From contig OX597814.1 of the NCBI GenBank assembly GCA_951406725.2, positions 33,480,001-33,544,000 of the forward strand: a DNA stretch of 64,000 bases. The letters run 5' to 3'. The notes beneath the pieces were generated by a model, which saw only the letters and a list, made by a program, of their open reading frames with translations, ran no database searches and had not been told where the DNA came from. The position numbers and the translations under genes were made by a program. Positions 1-13,959 of the stretch are shown here, piece after piece; the stretch's first letter is position 1, and each line of letters opens with the position of its first letter. This DNA comes from Octopus vulgaris. Taxonomy: Eukaryota.

Positions 1-107
1 GTGTACGATAGAATAAGTACTAGGCTTACAAAGAATAAGTCCTGCGGTTGATTTGCTCGACTAACGGCGGTGCTCCAGCATGAAACAACTAAAAGAGTAA
101 AAGAGTA
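1..107 (+). mobile_element. 3' fragment of tRNA-derived SINE family A
   Basis: gatagaataagtactaggcttacaaagaataagtcc...ggcggtgctccagcatg...aaaagagtaaaagagt matches the 3' half of the full copies at 6270 and 56594. Confidence 0.85.
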
Positions 108-328
108 TATATATATATGTATGTATGTGTGTGTGTGTGTGTGTTCGGAGATATGTAAAGGCATACATATCCTTACATACACGTACACAAATGCACGCAC
201 ACGCGCGCTCGCACACACGCGCGCACGCACACACACACATAACAATGAAGTTAACTATTGTGGCATGAACTTTGTTTCTTCGCTGTTCTCGCATTTGTTG
301 TTATTAATTAATGTTCTGTTCTATTTAG

Positions 329-1035
329 TCATTACGACAACAACAACTACTACTACTACTCCTACTACTGCTGCTACTGCTATTACCACCACTACTCGTA
401 CTACCGCTAGTATGGCAAAGATAGTGTCGGTGTCGACGAGAAAATATTAGCTGCTGCTTCTAGTGCTTCTGCAACGACGACAAAGATGGCGTCGACAATC
501 GACAAGAAAAACATTAACTACCACCACCTCTACAAAACCACTAACACCATCATGTCTGCCGCTGCCACCACCACCAGCACCATCACTATTACTGCTACTG
601 CTGCCACTGTCGCTGCTTCTGCTGTTGTTGTTGATGATGATGATGATGATGGTGATGATGATACATCAATTAATATGGCGGCGATTACAAAAGCTAGTGG
701 CAAAAATAATATTAACAATAACAAAAATAACATAAGCAATAACTATTAAAACTACTACATATACTGCTACTGCTATTACAACTACCACTAACACTACTAC
801 CACCACCACCACCGCCACCACCACTTTTACCAATATGTTGTCGGCAGTAGCGATATCCATCAACACACCACCAAAAACAATGGCTGCTGTAGTGTTGCCA
901 ACATTAGCATCGCCAACTCCACCTTCCCCATCGCCATCCCAACCACTCACATCATCATCCTCATAATGAGAAACATTACCTGTACGTCTACTATACTGCT
1001 ACTACTACTACTACTATTACTACTACTACTACCAC

Positions 1036-1094
<59 letters not shown>

Positions 1095-1140
1095 TATTAA
1101 CAACAGCAACAACAACAAACAACTGCAACAACGATAGCCA
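329..1140. repeat. Degenerate trinucleotide low-complexity tract (ACT/ACC/AAT/CAA)
   Basis: Poly-T/N/D/L translations broken by stops; pure (AAT)n at about 1037-1092. Confidence 0.8.
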
Positions 1141-2212
1141 CAATAACGTCAGTATATCCTGAGGGCTTTGCACGCAAGCCGAGGAGAAATGATTCGTTAG
1201 AAGAGTTGCGGGATACAAGGCCATAACTGTTTGAAGCTGCGACTTCCAAGGACGCTGATAAAAGGACGAACCCCAGCGGCCAGTTTGTAGCTGCCGGCGG
1301 CTAACAGTGAATAATATCGAACGTACAATGCGGGAGGTAAGCAAGTCTCGGAGGTCATATACACACTAGTGAATTCGTGTTTAGATATCACAAAGGGAAA
1401 ACTGTTATCAATTATCTGAATGAAATAACAAGACGGTCATGACGTCAGATTTCCAAGGAAAATTGCGGATAGTTTCGTAAATTATCCAATAAAAGCATTT
1501 ACTACAATTTCCCTTCTCTGTATTTTAAAGAATACAAACGTGTGTTGTTTCTCTATTATCATCATCACCATCATGATAGCTTATTTATTTATTTGTTTCT
1601 TTATTTGTTTGTTTGTTTATTTGTTTGTTTGTTTGTTTGTTTGCCGGTGACTGCTAAGAATGTTAAAGCAAGCATTTCAAGTGAAAGAACACGAAGCGAT
1701 TATTGGGTGATCTTGTAAACTGGTTTCAAAACCTGATCAGAAACCAAGCTGCTTCAGTTATTATTGTGATGGTCTTTATTAACAGAATGAACATTGTAAC
1801 ATCCCGTAGGAAAAAAAGAAAAGTAATGGAACTCCGTCGCTGTCGACGATGACCATTGAGTTGCTCCATCGACTGAATTGTCTATTTATTGAGTTCGCAT
1901 GTATATGGCAGAGTATTTTTCTGATACGTATACCCTTAACATGCTCTGGCAGAATTAATGCATCACGCGAATGTGCGACAAGGAAGGCCTATACAATCCA
2001 TCTTTCAGGCTTCCATACAGTTTCTCTCAACCCTGTTTGACTCACATGGCTTGAGTTAAGCTGAATATGGTGAAAGGCACTTGCCGAAGATGTCAAGCAG
2101 GGGGATGGATCGAACTCGTGATATTGTGGTTGTTATACGTATTGCATCAATTTCCTTCAATTCCACGGGGTTAAGAATGGCTATAAGAGAGATCAAATTG
2201 AGCAGATATGGA

Positions 2213-2690
2213 GGTAAATATGCGGATAAACAAATTAGATATATTAAATATAACAGTTTGGGGATGAAATACAAAGTCTGTATATCTGTATACATGTAAG
2301 ACGAGAGAAAACAAAAAGTGGGAACTTCTCTGCATTATGATATGAGATATAAGATCTTTTCTACCTTGATGATGGAGGCTCGATTGCTTCCATTACGACC
2401 GGATATTGTGATGAACTACATACATCTGCCAAGAATATGATGGATCTCCAAGCTCACAGAAGCAGCTGTTGGACTTATAATACCTGTCTTCCTCCCCTTT
2501 CATTTTCTCTATCGTTTGTACTCTGTGTAAGTTGTACCTCTAAATATGAATATCTATGTATTTATACTTAAAATTCATCATATGAAAGTCTTCACTTTCT
2601 GTCGTTTTGCATGTATACATAAATCTATATTTTGTATTTATACACAAAAATTTTATATTTAAAATATATAATTTGTTTATCCGCATAAAT

Positions 2691-2693
<3 letters not shown>
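2213..2693. mobile_element. Old fold-back element with a degenerate hammerhead-like motif in the spacer
   Basis: Arms about 2213-2310 and 2595-2693 (ggtaaatatgcggataaacaaatta vs taatttgtttatccgcataaatacc); TTGATGA-TGGAGGC/GCTTCCA stem at 2366-2392. Confidence 0.6.
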
Positions 2694-2740
<47 letters not shown>

Positions 2741-2785
2741 GACCTCGCGTTGTTGTGGTTTTTTGGTGCTTTCTTGTTTGGATTA

Positions 2786-2882
<97 letters not shown>

Positions 2883-2885
2883 CAT

Positions 2886-2918
<33 letters not shown>

Positions 2919-2932
2919 CACGCACACACATA

Positions 2933-2976
<44 letters not shown>

Positions 2977-2980
<4 letters not shown>

Positions 2981-4188
2981 GTCATCCCATGAATAATGCG
3001 GTTTTTTTTTACTTTATTTTTCAAAACAAAGATAAAGTTCTTTTTTAATCTAAAATATACTCCCCTTTCATTTTCTATAATGCTCTTCCACCCATCCATC
3101 TGGCAGACTTCAAAGCTCCTCGTCCAAAATTCACTTGTCCGTAACGAAAAATACTCCTCCAGTACTGTTCTGACCTCGTCTACAGAATTCATGTTTTTTC
3201 CGCCCAAATCATTTTCAAGACTGCGAAATAAACGATGATTAGATGGGGCAATGTTCGGCGAATATGGTGCGTGGGGCATCGTTTCCTATTAAAACTGCTT
3301 CAGCATTTGGAATGTTATCTTGATGGAACAGCACCTTTCGTCTTGAAACCAAAGATGGTCGTTTTTCTTTTAGCATTGACTTAAGCCGCTCAAGCTACTC
3401 GCAGTAGATCTCCTTCGTTATCAGTTGGTTTGGCTTTAAAAGTTGAAAGTGGACTAAACCATTCATATTCCACCAAACAGATAACAACACTTCGCGTGGG
3501 TGAAGACCTTCTTTAGCCTGGGGTGCTAGTATTTCTCCTTTCCCTACTCACTCTCTTCGTTACCAATAACTATTCGGTCCAAAAAAGGTTCATTCGTGAG
3601 ACGTGACAGTAAAGAATGATACACTCACTCTCTGTTTGCAATTAGACTGGGAAAGTTTGTGAGGAACCCAATGACCCAATTTACTGACATTTCTGACGAC
3701 ACGCAGGTGTCGATGAATGGTTGAATAACCAAAACCAAACTTCTCTGTTAGTTCCTCAACAGTTACGATGGGGCTTTGTTCCAACAGGTTTTGCAGGACG
3801 TCTTCGCCGAGCGCTACAGGTCTTCCAGGATAAAGCTCCTCTTCTAGGTTGTAGCTTCCAGCTCGGATTTCTGGAACCACCGTTGACACTGGCTTATGCT
3901 TATTGTCCGATCCCCATATATTTCATTAATATTCCTCACACTTTCCGTTGCGTTGTTGCCTTTATTGAACTCATAAAGCAAAATACGTCGAATATGCTCC
4001 TTTGTCACTGCCATTATAACTGTTAAAACCGAAGTGCATTCTTCAAAACATGCACTAAGAAAAAGGACAAGATAAAATTACCACCTGTTTTTATAGCAAG
4101 TTAATGCAGTTAGTTTATCCCCCCACCCGCACCCCCAACTTTTAGTCCATGCAATTTCAAAAAGTGTATTATTTATGGGATGACCCAG
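2977..4188 (-). mobile_element. Full-length decayed mariner transposon
   Basis: TIRs ttgggtcatcccatgaataatgc / gtattatttatgggatgaccca; frameshifted transposase with WVPHKL and [13 protein letters not shown] motifs. Confidence 0.92.
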
Positions 4189-4189
4189 A

Positions 4190-4303
<114 letters not shown>

Positions 4304-4541
4304 GTATCACGCGCGTGTGTGTGTGTAAATTCATGTAGTAGACATACAAGTACGTCGCCTTCACTTCGTTCGCAACCTTATTCGATTTTCGACTCTTGAT
4401 TTTATGAAAGCCATCTACAGAACTTGACCATTGCCAGAGAAGTAGATACATTAAATTTAATAGCTACAGAGAATTGGAACTGTTAATTTTTGTATGCCAT
4501 TAGTATTTATCACTTTATGTGTCTGTGTATGTAAGAATATG

Positions 4542-4609
<68 letters not shown>

Positions 4610-5545
4610 ATATATGTATGGATGCATGTATATATGTAAAATGCATGTATCTCTTACAAAGTAGCTAATTTTTTTATCATACTGTGCTTTCCTACTTTCT
4701 TTAAGTGGGTAGGAATTATATTTATATTGAGTCAAAATCCACTTGTTTTGCCCTTCATTTTCTACTATTTCTATCTCGTTTTCGTCTTCGCGTTTTCATT
4801 CTCTCTTCTTTTCTCATTGTTCTTCTGATTTCACCTTCTATTCACTTCTCTACATCTCTCTCACGCTCTTCTCCCCCTCTCACTGCCTTCTTTCCTTCTT
4901 TTTCTTCTTGTCCTCCTCCTTCTTTTGCTTCATTTTCTCTTTCTGCTGTCTTTCTTCACTTCTTGTTCGCTTTTCTTCTATTTTATGTTGCTTTCGATAT
5001 CTTCTCCACCTCTTTCTTCCTCTGCTTCTTCTTTTTACATTTCCTTCGTTTCTTCCTCCCTTCTCATTCTACTTCAGGTATAAGAAGAAGAAAAAAAAGA
5101 AACAAAGATGAAACGCTTCATTTTTTCTGTTTTTATATATTATTACCACAGTCATGATTTTATTTTCGTTCAATTATTATTTACTTAAAGACCATCATAG
5201 AAAACAATTCTAAACACATCAAAGAGACTATTTCCTAGATGTGTCTAACAACAATTGAAATAACTACAGTATACTTCAAAAACCGAAGTTTCTTCTAGTT
5301 TTTTTTTTCTTTATTTTTGGTTACTAAATCATAACCCTGTACAACAATCAAACATAAGAGAATTCTACGACAGTATTCATAGTTTTTCATTTTGCACTAA
5401 GGTTTTTTTACGAAAAAGTCTGGCAGCATATTGAATGCGTATAAATGTGCACATGTGTATATATTGTGCATAATATTTGATTCCATGTATGGATATATAT
5501 GTGTGTGTGTGTGAGTGTGCATGCATACACACATATATACACATG

Positions 5546-5608
<63 letters not shown>

Positions 5609-5680
5609 ATATATATATGTGTGTGTGGCTGTGTGTGTGTGTGTGTGTAGTATGTATATATGTATATTATACACATAGGC

Positions 5681-6120
5681 TATAAAGACGAAGTGAATAA
5701 GGGGGGTCGAGAGAAAGACAGATAGTAAGATTAACAAAGAGTTCGATATATATATACATATATATATATTTATATATATATGTGTGTGTATGGAGGGAGA
5801 GAGAGTGAGAAAGAAATACCGTATTTCAAATACCATACCACCAAAATTTTGGATTTATTAAGATAACCTCCGTCTTTAGAGGATGCATCATAATTACTAA
5901 ATGGCAATTAAAACTAGATCTCCTTGACAAGAGGAGAGAATCTCAAGATTCAAGTATTGTATAAATATTACATATATAATCGTATATATATATATACACA
6001 TATAATCGTATATATATACACATATATATATAACGGAGGTTATCTTAATAAATCAAAACATTTGGTGGTATGGTATTTGAAATACGGTATTTCTTTCTCA
6101 CTCTCTCCCCCTCCACACAC

Positions 6121-6185
<65 letters not shown>

Positions 6186-6245
6186 ACTCTCTGTTAATCT
6201 TACTATCTCTGTATTTCTATCTCCCTTATTCACTTCGTCTTTATA
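5681..6245. repeat. Fold-back inverted repeat with about 190-210 bp arms containing internal (TA)n
   Basis: 5681-5873 is the reverse complement of 6033-6245 (gaaataccgtatttcaaataccataccacc / ggtggtatggtatttgaaatacggtatttc). Confidence 0.85.
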
Positions 6246-6269
6246 TATAAATATATATATATATATAAA

Positions 6270-6675
6270 GGCGTAGGAGTGGCTGTGTGGTAAGTAGCTT
6301 GCTAACCAACCACATGGTTCCGGGTTCAGTCCCACTGCGTGGCATCTTGGGCAAGTGTCTTCTGCTATAGCCCCGGGCCGACCAATGCCTTGTAAGTGGA
6401 TTTGGTAGACGGAAACTGAAAGAAGCCTGTCGTATATATGTATATATATGTATATATGTGTATGTGTGTGTGTGTGTTTGTCCCCGTAGCATTGCTTGAC
6501 AACCGATGCTGGTGTGTTTACGTCCCCGTCACTTAGCGGTTCGGCAAAAGAGCCCGATAGAATAAGTACTGGGCTTACAAAGAATAAGTCCCGGGGTCGA
6601 TTTGCTCGACTAAAAAGGCGGTGCTCCAGCATGGCCGCAGTCAAATGACTGAAACAAGTAAAAGAGTAAAAGAGA
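6270..6675 (+). mobile_element. SINE family A, full length (tRNA head, CORE-like segment, internal microsatellite)
   Basis: Box A tggctgtgtggtaag; box B gggttcagtcc; ttgggcaagtgtctt; aaagagt tail; many copies in the window. Confidence 0.92.
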
Positions 6676-6686
6676 GAGAAAAGAGA

Positions 6687-6721
<35 letters not shown>

Positions 6722-6898
6722 TATATATAGATGTAAAAATGTACGATATATATATATATATATACAGTGTACATTTAAACACATAAGAGATGACCATCAT
6801 ATGACACCTAGCACGCTTGAAGGAGTAGCCAAAATCCAAACCACTATTAGGGAGAAATTTCGAGGGGAATGAAAATATAAGCATTTACTATTTATCTC

Positions 6899-6968
6899 GT
6901 GAACCATGATTTCGAACGCTAAATTAGTAAATAAAGTAATTTGCAAGAAGGAGCTCTCTTCAGCAGGG
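6899..6968 (-). ncRNA. Type I hammerhead ribozyme (mirror copy, slightly decayed)
   Basis: Reverse complement reads CTG CTGAAGA GAGC...GTTC GAAA TCATGG TT CAC. Confidence 0.65.
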
Positions 6969-7312
6969 ACGCCAAGATAAACATAAATACGACGCAATAC
7001 AGTATATGCCTCGTGCTTATATGTAATAACTTTTCAAATCCACCGCGCAAGCGCAGTTTGTCGGCAACAAATAAAAATAATGCCGGCATTTCTTCAAAAA
7101 TTTGCCAAAAATTATCCGTAATTAAATTTTTTCCTACCCTAATATTTATTAATAATTGATAAGTTTTGGCAAGTTTTCGAAAACATGCCAGCATTATTTT
7201 TATTTGCTGACGACAAAAAGCTGCGCTTGCGCGGTGGATTTGAACAAGTTATAATATATAAGCACGAGGCATATACTGTATTGCCTCGTATCTATATGTT
7301 AATCTTGGCGTG

Positions 7313-7382
7313 TCTGCTGAAGAAAGCTTCGCCTAGCAAATTGCTTTATTTGCTAATTTAGAGTTCGAAACCATGGTCCAGG
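7313..7382 (+). ncRNA. Type I hammerhead ribozyme
   Basis: Stem I CTG/CAG; CTGAAGA core; extended stem II; GAAA; palindromic stem III ACCATGGT; GUC cleavage site. Confidence 0.8.
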
Positions 7383-7709
7383 AGATAGATTGTAAATGTT
7401 TTTATTTTCATTCTCTTCGAAATTTATCCTTAATAGTGGTTTGGATTTGGCTATTCTTTCTAGCGTGTTAGTGTCCTGTGATGGTTATTTCTTATGTGTT
7501 TAAATATACACTGTATTTATATGAATAATATATAGTCTATTGACTAATTTTCTGCATGCTAGGCCACTGGTAGTAAAAAATTTCTAAAATTTTGCCTTAC
7601 CCTGATATATGTATCTTTGTGTGTGCGTGTGTGTCCACGCATCACCACTTGACAACAAGTGTTGATGTGTTTACTTCCCGTAACTTAGCGTAAAGATAGA
7701 TAGATAGAT

Positions 7710-8415
7710 TAGTTTCTTTATTGGCCACACAGGGCTGCACACAGATGGGACAAGTTACAAGGTAGAACTTATCTTTTGGGGGATGAAAAAAAAAACAACA
7801 AAAAACAAAAGAATAAAAAAAAAAGGGTGGCGTAGGTTTTCGCTCAAAAGGGATCGTAAAAGGGAAGAAAAGAACAAAAAAAAAGGAAAAGAAAAAAGGG
7901 AAAAGGACAAAGGAAAAGAAAAATGAAAAAAGAAGAAAAAAGAGGAAAAAAGGGAGAAGAGGAAAAGAAAACGATCAATAGGGATCGTGTATCACAGTGT
8001 CAAGATGTATGGTGCAAAGGGGAAAGCAAGTAAGGTTTATCCGTGGGAAGAAAAGCCTACGAAAAAGACCACGGTAACCTTGGTCAATATTGTTATATGT
8101 TACCACATTTGTTTCCAAGTGGGTAACCCTCTGTTTTCAATTTCTGGGTTCATAGGATTATGCTCAAGGTGGCTTCGTCATTCATACGTGCCATCCTTGC
8201 TACATTCGCCCATCTTTTTTTTAAACGTTCGCTAGACAAAACTTGCCTCTCTACTCTCACTTTCCTTTTCAAGTGGTACTTGAAGAAGTTGATGAGAGGT
8301 TGACCAGAGAGGAAAGTGTTTGTCTCCAATCCTTTCAGACGCGTCCACCAGTTACATTCTTTCGCCATAGCCACAAGGATGATGAAAATAACTCCTCCTT
8401 CCCGTTTGAAGGAAG
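7710..8415 (-). mobile_element. 5'-truncated Tx1/L1-like LINE (ORF2 C-terminus plus 3' UTR) in (GATA)n
   Basis: ORF 8150-8374 AMAKECNWWTRLKG...FFKYHLKRKVRVER...RW; pyrimidine-rich 3' UTR ending aataaagaaac + (TCTA)n. Confidence 0.75.
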
Positions 8416-8830
<415 letters not shown>

Positions 8831-8837
8831 GATAGAT

Positions 8838-8918
<81 letters not shown>

Positions 8919-9620
8919 CACACATATGTAAATATGTATGTATGTTTGTATGTATGCATTATTGAATTGAATTTTCACATATGATAACCGATTAATATTT
9001 ATAATATAAATGTGGTTGCAAATTTGCATGCCTCTGTCTGTATAGATGTACGTGTGTGTGTGTAAGTTTGTATGTTGAGTATATTATTGTATGTATGAAT
9101 GTGTGCTTCAGACATTGTATGTATGGAAGTGTTGTACAGACACACTCGTACGGCTTCCTTTTAACGTATTAGTAAAAAAAACATATTGCAACTTCCTGTC
9201 TGGCTGCCCTGAGGCTATAAATAAAAATTTGTATTCCATCTATTAGCTACATACAGTTTATCTAAGTAAAACTAAAGCTGTGTCACATCTATGTCTTGGA
9301 AGCCATCTTCAGAAAGTGCTCGTTTCATACATTACGAATCGATTTCGTATAATCGATGTTTAATATCATTTAATAACATTCGAAATTATAGAATATTTAT
9401 ATTCTATATACTGTTCTTTATTTTTGCTGACGCTCTTTCTATAATCTTTATTCGCATCATTTATGCCTTTGTACGCTTGTTTGGGTGTATGCATGTCTAT
9501 GAGTATGAATGTGTGTGTGTTTGTGTGTGTATATATATATATTATATTATATTAGAGACAAAACCACTATTATGCAAATCAAACAAAGAAAGACTTAAGC
9601 CAATACATAAAATAATTTAT

Positions 9621-9678
<58 letters not shown>

Positions 9679-9789
9679 AACATATGCATATACTGGTACA
9701 GGACGTCACCAACGATGCAGACAATATGAAGTACATAGACAACGAAAGAAAAAATGGGAAACAGGACACGTTCTCATAATTGTTTCGCT

Positions 9790-10240
9790 AATCCAATAAC
9801 AACAGTACAAAGTATGTAGCCCTTAAAACGTTTTTTTTTTCTTTGCATTAACAGTATCTTCTTCCCAGCCCTCAACATGTGCTCTTTGCTTGCGTCTGTT
9901 CCATCTATTTTGTGCCCAGATATAGTACACGGGAACCTCAACGTAAAAGAGTATTCGGACAAACAGACCACATTGGCATAATTTGAAAAAAGCTGTCAAA
10001 GTGGTTTCTCATGGATTCAGAACTACATTTCGAGCTTTGTCTTCTGTGAAATATACACGCTGGCCATTTTCAAGATGTACAGATAGATTCACTACTGTTG
10101 GATGCCGCTCGTGGATTTCAAAGCCCTGGATGTCACATTGCCTCGTTAGAAGAAATATGCCTGCCCAACTTATATCGCTGAATTTCATCTGCCTGCCTGC
10201 ACTCCTGTTCAAATCCAAAAACGGCTATCAAATTATAGAA
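9790..10240 (-). mobile_element. Helitron Rep/helicase pseudogene fragment
   Basis: GFEIHERHPTVVNLSVHLENGQRVYFTE followed by frameshifted ETTLTAFF and TLLR-EVP-Y-like motifs typical of Helitron RepHel. Confidence 0.85.
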
Positions 10241-10436
10241 TTCTATTAAACTTCAATGAGCCAAGTAACAAACTGGGTGTTACTTTAACCTCTTTGCAAA
10301 GTTTCACGAAATTCGTTAACGGCTGTAGACGGCAAATTGACACAAACAGACAACTCGAGTTTATATATGTATAGATATATATATATATATATATATTGGT
10401 ACAGGCGTAGCTGTGTAGTAGGAAGATTGCTTCGAA

Positions 10437-11440
10437 AGTGCGAGGAATATTGCGAGGAATAATGCAGTATATGGGGATCGGACAATAAGCATAAGCCAGT
10501 GTCAACGGTGGTTCCAGAAATTCCGAGCCGGAAACTACAGTATACAAGACGAGCTTCGTCCTGGAAGATCTGTAGTGCTCCACGAGGATGTCCTGCAAAA
10601 CCTGGTGGAACAAAATCCCATCGTAACTGTTGAGGAACTAGCAGAGAAGCTTGGATTTAGTTATTCAACTATTCATCGACACCTGCGTGCCATCGGAAAA
10701 GTCAGTAAATTGGGTCAGTGGGTTCCTCACAAACTTTTTCTAATCGCAAGCAGAGAGTGAATATGTGCTCTTCTTTGCTGTCATGTCTCACAAATGGACC
10801 TTTTTTGGACCGAATTGTGACTGGTAACGAGAAATGGGTTCTCTATAAAAATGTTAAACGCCGAAGACAGTGGGTAGGGAAAGGCGAAACAGCGACACCA
10901 AAGGCTAAGGAAGGTCTTCACCCACATAAGGTGTTGTTATCTGTTTGGTGGGATATGAAAGGTTTAGTCCACTTTGAACTTTTAAAACGATAATGGAGAT
11001 CTATTGCGCCCAGTTTGAGCTGTTTAAGTCAGCGCTAGAAGGAAAACAACCATCTTTGGTTTCAAGACTAAAGGTGCTGTTCCATCAGGATAATCCTCGG
11101 ACATATGCAGCGAGGATGACATTACAAAGGCTGGAGCAGTTTGAATAGGAAACGATGCCACACCCACCATATTCTCCGGATATTGCTTCATCTTATTATC
11201 ATTTATTCCGCAGTCTTCAAAATCACTTGAATGGAAATAAGGTATGAATTGTGTAGACAAGGTCAGAACAGTACTGGACAAGTGAATTTTGGAAGAGGGG
11301 CCTTGCAAGTCTACCAGATTGATGGAAGAGCATTGTAGAAAATTAAGGAGAGTATATTTTAGATTAAAAAAGAACTTTGTTTATCTTAATTTTGAAAAAT
11401 AAAGGTATAAAAGAATCGCATTATTTATGGGATGACCCAA
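10437..11440 (+). mobile_element. 5'-truncated mariner (same family as 2977-4188) inside a decayed family A SINE
   Basis: WVPHKL, RIVTGNEKWV, HPPYSPDIAS motifs; right TIR gcattatttatgggatgacccaa + TA; SINE head about 10402, SINE tail 11445-11675. Confidence 0.9.
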
Positions 11441-11705
11441 TATTTATGTGTGTGTCTGTGTTTGTGTATATCCCCACCACCAAGGCTTGACAACCGATGT
11501 TGGTGTGTCTACGTCCTCGTTATCTAGCGGTTCGGCAAAAGAGAACGATAGAATAAGTACTAGGCTTACAAAGAATAAGTCCAAGGGTCGATTTCTCCGA
11601 CTAAAAGACCCTTTAAAGCTGTGGTCCAGCATGGCCGCAAACAAATGACCAGAACAATAAAAGAAAAAGAAAAGAATACATACATATGTACATAAATATA
11701 TATAT

Positions 11706-11761
<56 letters not shown>

Positions 11762-12019
11762 GGATAATATTATCTAGTGGCCAGCATGGGAATAAATACC
11801 ATACAAAGGTAATACATTTTTACAACTATAAATAATGATATCTCATGGTGCGATATGAACATTTTAGGTGGTTTTTAGAGTCAGGGTTTTAACTGTTATT
11901 TCGGCATGGTGGTGTCTCTCAGATATCTTTATTTATAGTTATATATATATATATATATATATTTTATATACTTACATACATATATATATATATATATATA
12001 TAGATATATATATATATAT

Positions 12020-12084
<65 letters not shown>

Positions 12085-12940
12085 CACATTTGTTGTTGAA
12101 AATGCACCTAAATTTGAAAAGTTTGTAATTGTCTAAAATAATTTATTTATATATATACCAAACTAGTTTCAACAATATTTTTTGTTTATCAACGGTAAAA
12201 ATTTAGAATTTCGAATTAGAAGAACATCTTTAAAAGTTTCAATGTTCACAATTTAAAATGTTCATAACAGAGAAATTTAGAATTATGAATTATAAAAAAA
12301 CATGTTCAAAAATTTCGATGTTGTCAAATTTAAATGTTCATAACAGTCAATAATATTAAAACTGTGTATGAATTTGTTTGAATGTACAAAGCTCATTAGT
12401 GTTAGTAGTGATCGACAAGAATTGAATATTATCAAAGTTTCAGCCATATTGAGTCAAGAAGGAAAGAAACAAGGGAGAAAAGAGGATAGTAAAAAAGAGG
12501 GATTTAATTTACAATTTCTCTGAGCCTCTTTCCGTCGTGTGTAGGAACTTCGCTTCTAGCGGTGTGTTTTTGAATCCGGTGTATTTACAACTTTTTTCCG
12601 CGAGTGGATCTGATTTTTTTGATTCGTTAAATTATTGGTGACGTCATGTTTTTCCGGTGGTCTAGTTTATCGGTCAGCCTGGTTGGCTTCCCTCTGGAGA
12701 ACGGTCATCAGTCGTTCCAGTTGACTGATTTTCTTAAAGGGTCATTCTATTGTATTTACTGAAGTTCGGTTTTGATTGGTCTAGAATTAGGCGACGTCAG
12801 CAACTGGCGTTTGTAAAATTTCATTGGTCTTGAGGTAATAGAAATCAGTAACTAGCGTTTGTATGGTGTTATTGTATGGTGATTTGGAGCTGAGGTTTCG
12901 AAACCCAGGTGGAAGACTTACTAAAGTTTTTTAAATTGTT
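12085..12940 (-). mobile_element. Probable Penelope-like 3'/pLTR remnant with decayed HHR
   Basis: Reverse complement of 12157-12196: accg TTGATAA acaa..ttgt t GAAACTAGTT tggt; TGACGTCA and CCAAT motifs inside. Confidence 0.45.
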
Positions 12941-13959
12941 TGTTGTTCCAGGCGGCAATCTTCCATTATTATTATCATTTGTTCTTAAGGCAACGAGCGG
13001 GTTAAATCGTTAGCACTCTGGACGAAATTTTTTCCAGCATTTCTTCGGGTTTTACGTTTTGAGTTCAAATTCTGCCGAATTCGACTTTACCTTTCAGTCT
13101 TTTCCGGTTCGGTAAAATAACCGACTTCCCTCTTCCCCAAAATTTCAGGTTTTATGCCTATAGGAAAAAGAATTATTTTTATTTGGTCTTTATGGTACCA
13201 AGAAAATAACTTTTATCTCTGTTAGTTTGGTCTAAATAGATTTTTTTTTTTTTTTCGCATATTTTTCTTCATTCTGAAAACCAGTAAGTTCAACCCCCCC
13301 CCCCCCCCCCCCCAGTTGGCTTCCAGTCAAAGAGATTATAGCTTCAGTGCCCAAACTTTTCGTAAGAAAAATCTTCTTATGCAACAGAACATAGTGCATC
13401 AGGTCAAAAACTAATATACAGCGACTACGAAGACGGCAAATCTAACTAGTTATGTGCACAAATGGCTAATTTTTGGCATTATTAAATTTAAGCTTATGAT
13501 AACATTGCTAATATAAAGAACAAAAGTAAAGCAGCGAGTTGACAAAATTGTTACCACTCTGAGCAAGCAAAATGCTTAGCGGTATTTCGTCCGTCTTCAC
13601 TTTCAGAGGTCAAATTCCGCCGAAGTCGATTTTACCTTTCAGCCTTTCGGCGTCAATAAAATAAGCGTCAAAAATTGTATATTATTCTTTATTTACAAAT
13701 TAACTGACTGTAACGGCTTTCTACCTCCAGTTTGAAGAGAGGTTATATGCCCTCTGTCATTAGAGTTTGAGGAGTCATCTATAAAGCTAAGTGCTCTATG
13801 GATGCGAAACCATTGGAAGTCGTATATGATCGGACATATATCTAACCGCATGTAAATACATGTATATATATATATATATATATTCATAATACATACATGC
13901 ACACACACACACACACAGATATATCAGATATATATATATATATATATATATCTTTCTCT

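Larger units (their letters stand above)
6763..7608. mobile_element. Fold-back HHR element with about 355 bp inverted arms and a terminally redundant unit
   Basis: Arms 6763-7116 / 7158-7515; direct repeat 7124-7145 / 7587-7608 (18/22); an HHR in each arm. Confidence 0.85.

Noticed and set aside
11885-11930. Minus-strand CTGAGAG..GAAA HHR-like motif
   Set aside because: Core spacing and stems do not fit; too decayed to call
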